The position numbers were made by a program, and so were the translations under genes. DNA of 64,000 nucleotides. Source: Oscillospiraceae bacterium (GTDB lineage: Bacteria > Bacillota > Clostridia > Oscillospirales > SIG519). The notes beneath the pieces are model-generated. The model was not told the origin of the DNA. It searched no databases and was given only the letters and a program-made list of their open reading frames with translations. The stretch lies in the NCBI GenBank assembly GCA_015067255.1, contig SVMS01000007.1, positions 1,352 to 65,351 of the forward strand, read 5' to 3'. This document shows, piece after piece, positions 28,037-36,611 of this stretch (the first letter of the stretch is position 1; each line of letters starts with the position of its first letter).

Positions 28037-29926
28037 TTAAAGCATAAGCTCACATATTTTATTGGAAAATTCAAGAGGATTGTCAATGGGTAAGCCCTCT
28101 ATCAAAAGAGCTTGATTGTATAAAAGCTCTGCGTAGGTTTTGAGCTTTTCTTTATCTGAGGTATAAAGCTTTATAAGAGCTTCAAATACAGGGTGATTTG
28201 CATTGAGCTCTAAAACTCTGTTTGCCTTTGCTCCCATACCCTCTGTGGCATTGGGCATAGCGTTTAAAACCTTTTCCATCTCTAAGGAAAGCTCGCCCTC
28301 GGCAGTAAGACATACAGGGTGAGTTTTGAGTTTGTTTGAAACTGCTACCTTGCTTACCTTTTCCCCTAAAGCTTCCTTCATTTCTTTGAGCATATCGGCA
28401 TTGTTTTCAGACAGCTTCTTTTGTGCCTCTTTTTCTTCCTCTGTATCTAAATCAAGATTATCACTGCTTACTGATTTAAACTCCTTGCCGTCGTATTCGT
28501 GAAGCACCTTAACGGCAAATTCGTCAATATCGTCTGTGAGATATAATACCTCAAATCCTTTATCCTTAATAAGCTCTATCTGAGGAAGCAAATCAATTTT
28601 AGCTACGCTCTCGCCTGTAGCGTAATAGATATATTTTTGTTCTTCCTTCATTCTTGAAGCATATTCTTCAAGCGTTGACATTTTATTCTCGCTTGAAGAG
28701 TGGAACAAAATTAAATCCTGAAGCAAATCCTTATTCATACCAAAGCTGTTATATATGCCGAATTTCAAATTAAGACCGAAGCTCTTATAGAATTCTTCGT
28801 ATTTTTCTCTGTCATTTGCTAACAGCTTTTTAAGCTCTGTCTTTATTTTCTTTTCAAGGCTTTTAGCTATTATCTTGAGCTGTCTGTCGTGCTGAAGCAT
28901 CTCTCTTGAAATGTTGAGGGATAAATCCTCAGAGTCAACAAGACCTCTTACGAAGCTAAAGCAATCGGGCAATAAATCGGCACACTTTTCCATTATAAGC
29001 ACACCGCCCGAGAAAAGCATAAGTCCCTTTTCAAAATTCTTTGTGTAATAATCATAAGGAGCCTTTGAGGGAATAAAGAGTAATGCGTTGTAGGTTGCAG
29101 TACCCTCTGTTTTAGAGTGAATTACCTTTACAGGCTTTTCAAAATCAAAGAATTTTTCTCTGTAAAAATTGTTGTAGCTTTCTTCGTCAACCTCGTCTGC
29201 GCTCTTTTTCCAGATAGGCACCATACTGTTGAGTACGGTATCCTCTACAACCGTTTCAAATTCTTCCTTGTTATCCTCTTTAGGTCTTTGTGTTTCAATA
29301 TACATTTTAATAGGATAACGGATATAATCGGAATATTTTTTAATTATACCTTGTAAACGGTAGCTTTCCAGATATTCGTCATAGCTTTCGTCCTCGGTAT
29401 TTTCCTTAATTGTAAGTGTTATCTGTGTTCCAGCTTCTTTCATTTCACAGGGAGTAATTGTATATCCGTCCGCCCCGTCGGATTTCCATAAATAAGCTTC
29501 GTCAGAGCCGTATGCCTTTGATTTTACCTCTACCGTTTTACTTACCATAAAAGCAGAATAAAAGCCTACACCGAACTGACCTATTATATCAACAGCGGAA
29601 TTTCCGCCGTTTTCATTTTTAAATGCAAAGGAACCGCTTTTTGCGATTGTTCCCAAATTGCTCTCCAATTCTTCCTTACTCATTCCGCAGCCGTTATCGG
29701 AGATAGTGAGTGTTCTTTCGTCTTTATTTGCAGCTATTCTTATATACATATCCTCTTTGGAAAGAGTTACGCTTTGGTCTGTCAAAGAACGAAAATACAG
29801 CTTATCAAGCGCATCGCTTGAATTACTTATAAGCTCACGAAGAAATATTTCTTTATGAGTGTATATTGAATTAATCATTAAGTCCAACAGTCTTTTAGAC
29901 TCTGCCTTAAACTGTTTTTTTGCCAT
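28037..29926 (-). CDS. htpG: molecular chaperone HtpG (Hsp90)
   Basis: [15 protein letters not shown] and [13 protein letters not shown] motifs; 629 aa. Confidence 0.97.
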   Translation of the reverse strand: MAKKQFKAESKRLLDLMINSIYTHKEIFLRELISNSSDALDKLYFRSLTDQSVTLSKEDMYIRIAANKDERTLTISDNGCGMSKEELESNLGTIAKSGSFAFKNENGGNSAVDIIGQFGVGFYSAFMVSKTVEVKSKAYGSDEAYLWKSDGADGYTITPCEMKEAGTQITLTIKENTEDESYDEYLESYRLQGIIKKYSDYIRYPIKMYIETQRPKEDNKEEFETVVEDTVLNSMVPIWKKSADEVDEESYNNFYREKFFDFEKPVKVIHSKTEGTATYNALLFIPSKAPYDYYTKNFEKGLMLFSGGVLIMEKCADLLPDCFSFVRGLVDSEDLSLNISREMLQHDRQLKIIAKSLEKKIKTELKKLLANDREKYEEFYKSFGLNLKFGIYNSFGMNKDLLQDLILFHSSSENKMSTLEEYASRMKEEQKYIYYATGESVAKIDLLPQIELIKDKGFEVLYLTDDIDEFAVKVLHEYDGKEFKSVSSDNLDLDTEEEKEAQKKLSENNADMLKEMKEALGEKVSKVAVSNKLKTHPVCLTAEGELSLEMEKVLNAMPNATEGMGAKANRVLELNANHPVFEALIKLYTSDKEKLKTYAELLYNQALLIEGLPIDNPLEFSNKICELML

Positions 29927-29951
29927 TTGTTATACTTCCTTTATATGAGTA

Positions 29952-29978
29952 TTAGCACTCATAATATCTGAGTGCTAA
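29952..29978. promoter_or_regulatory. CIRCE operator (HrcA binding site)
   Basis: TTAGCACTC-N9-GAGTGCTAA is a perfect match to the consensus. It lies 5 nt downstream of the -10 of the htpG promoter. Confidence 0.85.
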
Positions 29979-29983
29979 TACTC

Positions 29984-30011
29984 ATTATAGTATGATTTTA
30001 TTTTTTGTCAA
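29984..30011 (-). promoter_or_regulatory. sigma-A promoter of htpG
   Basis: The minus strand reads TTGACA-N16-TATAAT. Confidence 0.6.
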
Positions 30012-30039
30012 GCCTAATTTTGTTAACTTTTGTTAACAT

Positions 30040-30753
30040 TTACTCTTCAAAATATTTTTTCAGGCAGGTCATTATTTTCTTTTCTCTTCTTGAAACCTGT
30101 ACCTGTGTCATATTAAGTATTTTAGCAGTTTCACTTTGAGTTTTTGCGCAAAAATAGCGCAGAGAAATAAGCTTTCTATCCTGCACATCAAGGGTATGTA
30201 TGGCATTTTTTAAGGTTAACAGCTCTGTATTTTCATCACTTTTATCAATGCCTGTTGTTTCAAACAAGCTTCTTTCATCTTCATTATTGCTACTGTCAAA
30301 GGATAAGGGCGCAGTTGTTGCTTCAAGAGCTTCAATTATTTCGTCTGTTGAGTCTTTTGTAAGCTCAGATATTTCAGAAACGGTAGGCTCTCTGCCAAGC
30401 TGCTTTAAAAGATTGTTTTTTGCTTTGAGAGTTCTCATCTGAACCTCTTTAAGCTTTCTTGAAACCTTAAGAGCGCTGTTGTCCCTGATATATATTTTTA
30501 TTTCTCCTGTTATCACAGGAAAGGCATAGGTTGAAAATTCGACCTCTTTTGAAAGGTCAAAGCCTCTTATTGCCTTTAAAAGACCTATTGAGCCTGCCTG
30601 TATCAAATCTTCTCTTTCAAAGCCGTAAATATTAAGTCTTGTCGCCGCACTGTAAACAAGCCCCATATTTTCACATACAAGCGTTTCCTCTGCCTGCGAA
30701 TTTCCCGACTGTGCAAGAAAAATAAGCTCTCTTGTTTTATCTCTTGTTATCAT
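30040..30753 (-). CDS. sigF: sporulation sigma factor SigF
   Basis: FSTYAFPVITGEIKIYIRDNSALKVSRKLKE and TQVQVSRREKKI match the SigF/SigG type. It follows spoIIAA-spoIIAB. Confidence 0.9.
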   Translation of the reverse strand: MITRDKTRELIFLAQSGNSQAEETLVCENMGLVYSAATRLNIYGFEREDLIQAGSIGLLKAIRGFDLSKEVEFSTYAFPVITGEIKIYIRDNSALKVSRKLKEVQMRTLKAKNNLLKQLGREPTVSEISELTKDSTDEIIEALEATTAPLSFDSSNNEDERSLFETTGIDKSDENTELLTLKNAIHTLDVQDRKLISLRYFCAKTQSETAKILNMTQVQVSRREKKIMTCLKKYFEE

Positions 30754-31181
30754 TTAAGCTTCAGCTGCTTCGAAAGGGTTACGCTTGTCCCCTTGCCTAA
30801 GGTTGAGCGTACCCTCATTTTATCGGTAAAGCTTTCCATAATAGTAAAGCCCATACCTGCTCTGTCTCCTGTTTCACTGCTTGTGTAAAGAGGCTCTCTG
30901 GCTTTTTTTATGTCTTCTATTCCGCAGCCTCTGTCCCTTACAGTAACTGTTAAAATGCCGTTTTCGAAAAGGCGTGCCCTTATGTAAATTACTCCGATAC
31001 CGTCCTTATAGCCGTGTACTACACAGTTGGTAACAGCTTCTGATATAGCTGTTTTTATTTCCGATATCTCATCAAGGGTAGGGTCAAGCTGAGAGGCAAA
31101 GGCTGCAACTGTTACCCTTGCTAAGCCTTCATTGGCAGAACGGCTTAAAAATGACATTTTCATTTCATTTATACATTTCAT
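30750..31181 (-). CDS. spoIIAB: anti-sigma F factor (serine kinase) SpoIIAB
   Basis: HATPase_c motifs (EAVTNCVVHGY, DRGCGI, GMGFT). Its stop overlaps the sigF start by 4 nt. Confidence 0.9.
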   Translation of the reverse strand: MKCINEMKMSFLSRSANEGLARVTVAAFASQLDPTLDEISEIKTAISEAVTNCVVHGYKDGIGVIYIRARLFENGILTVTVRDRGCGIEDIKKAREPLYTSSETGDRAGMGFTIMESFTDKMRVRSTLGKGTSVTLSKQLKLK

Positions 31182-31193
31182 TTGTTTTTCTCC

Positions 31194-31499
31194 TTAATCT
31201 ACCTTCATATATTTATTAACACCCGAAAGCACCAATACTTTTTTTACCTGCTTTGAAGTGTTTATAATTTTTACTCTTCCGCCTATGCTTTGCATATGCT
31301 TATATCTCCCTATTGCCACAGCTATTCCCGAGCTGTCGCAGAAAGGAACCTGCGCAAAATCCATAATAAGCACCTCGGGTTTAATTCTTGATGCTGTCGT
31401 ATCTATTTGTTCCTTTATTCCTTTTGCGTTATGGTGGTCAAGTTCTCCCTGTAAAGCCACAGTAAGATTTTTTCCGCTATGAGAAAATTCAAGCTTCAT
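31194..31499 (-). CDS. spoIIAA: anti-sigma F factor antagonist SpoIIAA (STAS)
   Basis: GELDHHNA...FCDSSGIAV STAS motif containing the phosphorylatable Ser. Confidence 0.9.
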   Translation of the reverse strand: MKLEFSHSGKNLTVALQGELDHHNAKGIKEQIDTTASRIKPEVLIMDFAQVPFCDSSGIAVAIGRYKHMQSIGGRVKIINTSKQVKKVLVLSGVNKYMKVD

Positions 31500-31571
31500 A
31501 ATTACGGCCTCCGCCTTTCTTTTCCTATACAGTTATTTTTATCCAATATAGCATATCTTATTCAAAAATTT

Positions 31572-31578
31572 TGTCGAA
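31572..31578 (+). promoter_or_regulatory. candidate Spo0A box about 73 nt upstream of spoIIAA
   Basis: Exact TGTCGAA within attttgtcgaaaaaatt. The spoIIA operon is a classical direct Spo0A target. Confidence 0.55.
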
Positions 31579-31588
31579 AAAATTGCAT

Positions 31589-31618
31589 AAAAAAAGAGGA
31601 CAGCTTTTTCTGTCCTCT
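31589..31618 (-). terminator. terminator ending the mazE-mazF-unknown gene unit
   Basis: Hairpin agaggacag/ctgtcctct with a T run on the minus strand. Confidence 0.8.
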
Positions 31619-31622
31619 AAAT

Positions 31623-32315
31623 TTAGTCTATTGTGTATTTTCCTCTTATCAAAAGCACACAGTCCGAAGCGGCTCTTATTCCTCTGCCGTTTCTGTCAAA
31701 CACGTAATAATGCTCGTTTGTAAGCCTTGCTCCGTTGGCACAGAAGCTACCGTCAGTATAATCGTAAATTCCTATTGAGCTTGAAGGTGAAACACAGCTT
31801 GCCGCTCCGCTTCTTATAATAATTTCCGTACCTTCGGAGGCACTCAACAGCTTTCCTTTTTGAAGATTTATAACCTTATATCCATACTTTTCGTCATTGT
31901 TTATGTAATTATCAAGCTTATCCTCTATATTTTGCAAAGCGCTCGAAGTACTTTGAGCGTTGCTTTGAGCTTGTTCAGCTGTGCTTTGAGCTTGATTTGC
32001 AGAGCTTTGAGCCTGATTTGCAGTATCCTGAGCCTGACTTGCTGTATTTTGAGCAGAAGATACATCTTGCTGAGCTTGCAGTATGCTTTGCTTGATATCT
32101 GTGATAGCCTGTGCAGAAGAAAGCGCAGAATTCAAATCCGAATTTTTGATATAGTTCTCTAAGGCTGTGGTAATGGCATTATCCACATAGCTTTTTGTAA
32201 CTATCGGGTCCTCTGCAGAGCCGGGGTCAGCGGCAAAGCCTATGTATACCGCCGATACGGTTATAACAGTACAAACCGCAGCGGTGGTAATAACTCTGAA
32301 TTTTCCTTTTAACAA
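31623..32315 (-). CDS. N-terminally anchored protein of unknown function with a heptad (ANQAQSx)n region and a C-terminal beta-rich domain
   Basis: TTG start 25 nt after the mazF stop, with RBS AAAGGAA. TM helix VITTAAVCTVITVSAVYIGF. No family recognised. Confidence 0.5.
   Translation of the reverse strand: MLKGKFRVITTAAVCTVITVSAVYIGFAADPGSAEDPIVTKSYVDNAITTALENYIKNSDLNSALSSAQAITDIKQSILQAQQDVSSAQNTASQAQDTANQAQSSANQAQSTAEQAQSNAQSTSSALQNIEDKLDNYINNDEKYGYKVINLQKGKLLSASEGTEIIIRSGAASCVSPSSSIGIYDYTDGSFCANGARLTNEHYYVFDRNGRGIRAASDCVLLIRGKYTID
31948..32060. repeat. about five tandem 21-nt units (ctttgagc-N13) inside the unknown gene
   Basis: ctttgagc or its variants recur at 31963, 31984, 32005, 32026 and 32047. 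Confidence 0.85.
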
Positions 32316-32340
32316 TCCGTATCATTCCTTTTCTTTTATT

Positions 32341-32721
32341 TTACGTTGCTGTTTCTATACCTGTTTCACATTTTAATCCAAAGCTTACATACAACGCATT
32401 GTCAACAAAAAGCATCGCATTACTGTCTAAAAAACCTATTTTTTCGCGAAGCCTTTTTTTATCAACTGTTCTTATTTGTTCCAAAAGGATTACCGAATCC
32501 TTTGCTATTCCGTATTTTTTGGCATTGATTTCAATATGCGTAGGCATTTTTGCCTTGTTAATCTGACTTGTAATTGCAGCCACAATAACAGTAGGACTAT
32601 ATTTATTGCCCACGTCATTCTGAATAACCAATACGGGACGGAGACCGCCCTGCTCACTTCCCACAACGGGGCTGAGGTCAGCGTAAAATATATCCCCTCG
32701 TTTTACTGTCAATTTGTTCAC
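32341..32721 (-). CDS. mazF: MazF/EndoA-type mRNA interferase toxin
   Basis: [31 protein letters not shown] is nearly identical to the B. subtilis EndoA N-terminus as I recall it. The true start may be the TTG at 32712 (RBS GGAGAG 8 nt upstream). Confidence 0.9.
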   Translation of the reverse strand: MNKLTVKRGDIFYADLSPVVGSEQGGLRPVLVIQNDVGNKYSPTVIVAAITSQINKAKMPTHIEINAKKYGIAKDSVILLEQIRTVDKKRLREKIGFLDSNAMLFVDNALYVSFGLKCETGIETAT

Positions 32722-32875
32722 TCTCCGCTAAATTTAACTCGATGCGTCTGAGGGCTTCGTTGTCAACACAGAGTCCCTCTTCGGCTAACTCTGTATTTAG
32801 TATTGCCATTTTTTTATAGCCTTTAATCATTGAATTGATATTTTTTTTCATTTTCAGCAAATTAATAATCTTCAT
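32678..32875 (-). CDS. mazE: MazE/EndoAI-like antitoxin; only the C-terminal toxin-binding part is recognisable
   Basis: [27 protein letters not shown] aligns with my recollection of the EndoAI C-terminal half (RRGYMEMAKINLNISSEAHFAECEAE). No ribbon-helix-helix segment is visible. It overlaps the mazF start by 35-44 nt. Confidence 0.55.
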   Translation of the reverse strand: MKIINLLKMKKNINSMIKGYKKMAILNTELAEEGLCVDNEALRRIELNLAESEQIDSKTRGYILR

Positions 32876-32922
32876 GGCAATCCCTCTCTACTATTTTATT
32901 TTAAATTCAGCTTTTTGACAGT

Positions 32923-32946
32923 ATTTATATTAGTATTTATATTAGT
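32923..32946. repeat. perfect tandem 12-mer (atttatattagt x2) just downstream of the mazE -10
   Basis: Read directly from the sequence. Its position is operator-like. Confidence 0.8.
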
Positions 32947-32975
32947 ATTATATTAAAAATAATCTGTTTTTTCAA
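32947..32975 (-). promoter_or_regulatory. sigma-A promoter of the mazE-mazF unit
   Basis: The minus strand reads TTGAAA-N17-TATAAT. Confidence 0.55.
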
Positions 32976-32991
32976 TAACAAAAATTTACCT

Positions 32992-33269
32992 TAAGGTGAC
33001 AAGACTAATCCGAATCTGCCTCAAAGGAGCACATTTCAGTTCTTTTCACCCTATTTATTCTTGCAAGACTCAAGCCTTACTTTGCCTAATCTCCATAAAA
33101 AACTCTCGAAATCTTCTCCCTTTGAGGTCGAAGATTTTAAAAAGAGAGGATTTTTGTTCAAACAAGGCATAAAACGGAGTTAATCCTCAATGGATTAACG
33201 AGTATTTTAACGTAGGATGAGCGAAAATCCGCCTTTTTAAAACAAGTTCGGATTATTCTTGTCACCTTA
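32992..33269. mobile_element. 278-bp non-coding block bounded by 23-nt inverted repeats (MITE-like, or a structured RNA)
   Basis: taaggtgacaagactaatccgaa (32992-33014) matches the reverse complement of 33247-33269 at 22 of 23 positions. There are internal hairpins and no credible ORF. The right repeat supplies the last two codons and the stop of alr. Confidence 0.45.
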
Positions 33270-34419
33270 TATAACTTTCCTCCTCTATTACTTTGTCGTC
33301 TTTTATATAAATTCTCGGTATACGCTTTGAAATACAGCACACCGTTTCATAATTGATAGTTCCCAAAATATCGGAAATTTGCTCTACGGGTAATATATTT
33401 CCGTTCTCTTTTCCGAAAATCAAAACGTTGTCATCGTTGCGTACATCTTCAATTTTGCTTATGTCAGCCATTGTCATATCCATACACACAAGACCTATGA
33501 TATTAGCAGGCTGTCCCTTTATAAGAACCTTTATTTTTCCCGAAAGACCTCTTGCAAAGCCGTCTGCATAGCCTATGGGAAGCACGGCAACCTTTGTTTT
33601 ATCAGTTGTTTTATATGTTCTCGAATAGCTTATAGATGTATCTTTTTCAAAGCTTTTTATCTGTGCAACTCTTGTGCAAAGGCTCATTACCGGCAAAAGA
33701 CCTATATTCTTTGTCTTTGAGCTTGGCAAAAGTCCGTAAAGGATTATTCCGGGACGCACCATATCAAGCTGCATTTCGGGGAAATTTATTATTGCCGCAC
33801 TGTTTGAGCAGTGCTTATATTTAAAGCTGTAGCCTATTTTTTCAACAGCCTTCATAAAATATGAAAACTGCTTTTGAGTATAGTCACTCTCAGGCTTATC
33901 AGACTCTGCAAAATGAGTAAATATACCCTCAAATTCAAGATTTTCAAGCTCTAAAACTTTTTTTATTTCACTTACTGTTTTTTCAATATCCTCATCACTG
34001 CTACACATAAAGCCAAGCCGTCCCATTCCCGTATCAAGCTTTAAATGTATTTTCATTGTTTTGCCTTTTTTTATACAAAAGTCAGAAATTGTTTTTGCCT
34101 GCTCATAGGAAAAAACAGTCTGTGTTATTGAATATTCCAATAGCTCGTTGTAGCTTTCGGGATTTGTATAGCCTAAAACAAGGATAGGTATTTTTATACC
34201 GTTTACTCTGAGCTGTACCGCCTCATCGTTTGAAGAGACCCCAAAGCAAGTAACTCCTTGAGCTTCAAGCTCTCGGGCAACTGTTATGGCACCATGTCCG
34301 TAAGCATCTGCCTTTACTATTGCCATTACAGCGGTATCACTTTTAAGTCCTTTTTTTATTTGAATGTAATTATGCGCCAATGCCGATAAGTCTATTTCAG
34401 CTCTCGTTCTTTTAAACAT
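33262..34419 (-). CDS. alr: alanine racemase
   Basis: AIVKADAYGHG PLP-lysine motif; about 385 aa. Confidence 0.95.
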   Translation of the reverse strand: MFKRTRAEIDLSALAHNYIQIKKGLKSDTAVMAIVKADAYGHGAITVARELEAQGVTCFGVSSNDEAVQLRVNGIKIPILVLGYTNPESYNELLEYSITQTVFSYEQAKTISDFCIKKGKTMKIHLKLDTGMGRLGFMCSSDEDIEKTVSEIKKVLELENLEFEGIFTHFAESDKPESDYTQKQFSYFMKAVEKIGYSFKYKHCSNSAAIINFPEMQLDMVRPGIILYGLLPSSKTKNIGLLPVMSLCTRVAQIKSFEKDTSISYSRTYKTTDKTKVAVLPIGYADGFARGLSGKIKVLIKGQPANIIGLVCMDMTMADISKIEDVRNDDNVLIFGKENGNILPVEQISDILGTINYETVCCISKRIPRIYIKDDKVIEEESYIR

Positions 34420-34430
34420 TATTCTCTTCC

Positions 34431-34970
34431 TTAAACAAATTTGAATTGAGTGATGCTTACTGAAATTTTTTGAGAGTTAAGCATAAGCTCCGCCGTCAAG
34501 GGCATCAAGGTAGAAATATCAAATTTCAGCTCTGCATTTACTCCGTAAAGCTCACCCGCCAAGGTAATCTGAGTTTCATTTTTATTTTTAACAGGTAATT
34601 CTCCCACCGCTTTTTCCAATGACATAAGCATTTGAGAAACTGTGTCCATTCCTATACCTATTTCAGAGGGTAAAAACTGTGAAGGGATATTTAAGTTTTT
34701 ATATTTGATTATCTTTTCACTGCCGTTTGTTTCTATAACTAAGCCCTTTAACGCTTCGGGAGTTATAAACTCTGCTTTGCAATATTCATTTCCACGTCTT
34801 TCAAACAAAAAGCTGTATTTAGTATCCTCAGCAGTAATACTTATACAAGCATCAAAGCCCGAGGCATTTTGATATTTTTTTGTTAAGTCCGTATTTTTTT
34901 CAACTACCCTATTGCAAGAGCAAAGCAAAACTAAAGTTAAAATAAGTATGTATACTGACCTTTTCACCAA
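34431..34970 (-). CDS. lipoprotein (possibly YdcC/LolA-like)
   Basis: LTLVLLCSC lipobox. Its position upstream of alr matches Bacillus ydcC. Confidence 0.55.
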   Translation of the reverse strand: MVKRSVYILILTLVLLCSCNRVVEKNTDLTKKYQNASGFDACISITAEDTKYSFLFERRGNEYCKAEFITPEALKGLVIETNGSEKIIKYKNLNIPSQFLPSEIGIGMDTVSQMLMSLEKAVGELPVKNKNETQITLAGELYGVNAELKFDISTLMPLTAELMLNSQKISVSITQFKFV

Positions 34971-34997
34971 TATTACTCCTCCGCAAGCGGAAGAGCA

Positions 34998-36515
34998 TTA
35001 GCCATTCGCTTTTTCAAGCTCAACCGCCTTAAATATCAGCGGAAGCTCATTTATAATATCGGTAGGTGTCATAGAATACTGTGAAAGCTTTTGAGCAGCA
35101 CTGTCTCCCGCTGCGCTGTGAATATACGCAGCACATAAAGCACTGTCGAACCCGTCAAGTCCTTGAGCAAGCAAAGAAGCAATTATTCCTGCAAGCACAT
35201 CTCCGCTGCCGCCCTTTGCCATACCCGAATTTCCCAAATAATTTATACACACCTGTCCATTCGGCTCCGCTATTATCGTATATGCGCCCTTCAGCACGGT
35301 TATTACATTTTCTTTTTGACAAAATTCTCGGACAATTCCTATTTTATCTTTTTCTATTTCTTCAATTGATAAGCCCGTAAGCCTTGAAAACTCAGCCATA
35401 TGGGGAGTTATTACCGTTGCTTTGCTTCTCTTTAAAGAAATTTTATTTAAAGATGCAACGTTTAAAGCATCAGCATCAAGCACAAGAGGAATATCACTTT
35501 TTAAAAGATATTCAAGAATTTCTAAGCTTGTTTTAGCTTGACCGCTTCCGCACCCAAAAACACAGGCGTTGCTTTTTTCAAGCTGTTGTTCAAGCTTTTC
35601 TTTTATATTTTCATTTGTATATGAGCTGAAAACAGCTTCAGAAACCTTTATTTGCATAACGGGAAGAATTTTTTCGGGCAAGAGCATATTGAGTAAGCCC
35701 ACTCCGCTTTTCAAAGCTCCGTTTGCACAAAAATACGCCGCACCGGTCATATACTCAGACCCGCAGATTTCAAGTAATCTTCCATAGTCGCCCTTATGAG
35801 TATTCCTTTTTCTCGAAGGTATTCTTTCTACAATGTCAGGCATATCAGAAAGAAATATATCAAGCTTTTGTAAATCTATAATTTCTTGTGGAATTGAAAT
35901 ATCCGCTACAATAATTTTTCCGCAATAATCCGCCGCAGGAAAAAGATAATGACAAGGCTTTGGCAGAGCAAAGGTTATTGTATAATCACATTTAATACAC
36001 TTTCCGCCCAAAACTCCCGTATTACATTCTATACCGCTGGGGATATCCACAGCAAATTTAACAGCCTTTGAATTGTTTACAGCCGCAAACAGCTCTTCAA
36101 AAGCACGTTCAAGCGCTCCGTGAAATCCAGTCCCGAAAACTGCATCTATAATAATATCCGCTTCTTCAATATGCCTATAGCTTATCTCTTTAGCAGCAAC
36201 ATCTTTGGGAAGCCTTTCATATACTGATTTAGTAACCTCAGGCAAATTTTCAGCTTCCCCGAAAAAAAGAGCCTTTGTATATGCACCTTTATAAAAAAGC
36301 TGTCTTGCCGCCGAAAAACCGTCTCCGCCGTTTTTGCCGTTTCCGCACAGTATTATTATCTTTTTTCCGGAAACATTACCAACTGCATTTTCTACCTCAC
36401 GGCAAATAGCATTTCCTGCGCTTTCCATAAGATAAGAGACGGAGGTGTTTGCTTTTTCTATAGCTTTTTTTTCTATTTCAAGCATCTGTTCCTTTGTGGC
36501 TATTTTCCTGTTCAT
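34998..36515 (-). CDS. nnr: bifunctional NAD(P)H-hydrate epimerase/dehydratase
   Basis: N-terminal YjeF_N domain (GNGKNGGDGF) plus a C-terminal carbohydrate-kinase domain (GGSGDVLAG). Confidence 0.9.
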   Translation of the reverse strand: MNRKIATKEQMLEIEKKAIEKANTSVSYLMESAGNAICREVENAVGNVSGKKIIILCGNGKNGGDGFSAARQLFYKGAYTKALFFGEAENLPEVTKSVYERLPKDVAAKEISYRHIEEADIIIDAVFGTGFHGALERAFEELFAAVNNSKAVKFAVDIPSGIECNTGVLGGKCIKCDYTITFALPKPCHYLFPAADYCGKIIVADISIPQEIIDLQKLDIFLSDMPDIVERIPSRKRNTHKGDYGRLLEICGSEYMTGAAYFCANGALKSGVGLLNMLLPEKILPVMQIKVSEAVFSSYTNENIKEKLEQQLEKSNACVFGCGSGQAKTSLEILEYLLKSDIPLVLDADALNVASLNKISLKRSKATVITPHMAEFSRLTGLSIEEIEKDKIGIVREFCQKENVITVLKGAYTIIAEPNGQVCINYLGNSGMAKGGSGDVLAGIIASLLAQGLDGFDSALCAAYIHSAAGDSAAQKLSQYSMTPTDIINELPLIFKAVELEKANG

Positions 36516-36559
36516 AAAAGCCCTCTTTTACAATAGTTGTAATATATTAAATATCTGCT

Positions 36560-36599
36560 AAAAATTATACGAACAAACCGAGGAAACCTCGGTTTGTTC
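36560..36599 (-). terminator. hairpin terminator
   Basis: Hairpin gaacaaaccgagg/cctcggtttgttc with a 13-bp stem. Confidence 0.65.
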
Positions 36600-36611
36600 A
36601 GCTTTCAAATA

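Noticed and set aside
33158-33340. A 60-aa minus-strand ORF overlapping the end of alr and the inverted-repeat block.
   Set aside because: It overlaps alr in an alternative frame, has basic low-complexity sequence and lacks an RBS.
35144-35150. A TGTCGAA box inside the nnr coding sequence.
   Set aside because: It lies deep inside a coding region with no promoter context, so I treat it as a chance occurrence.
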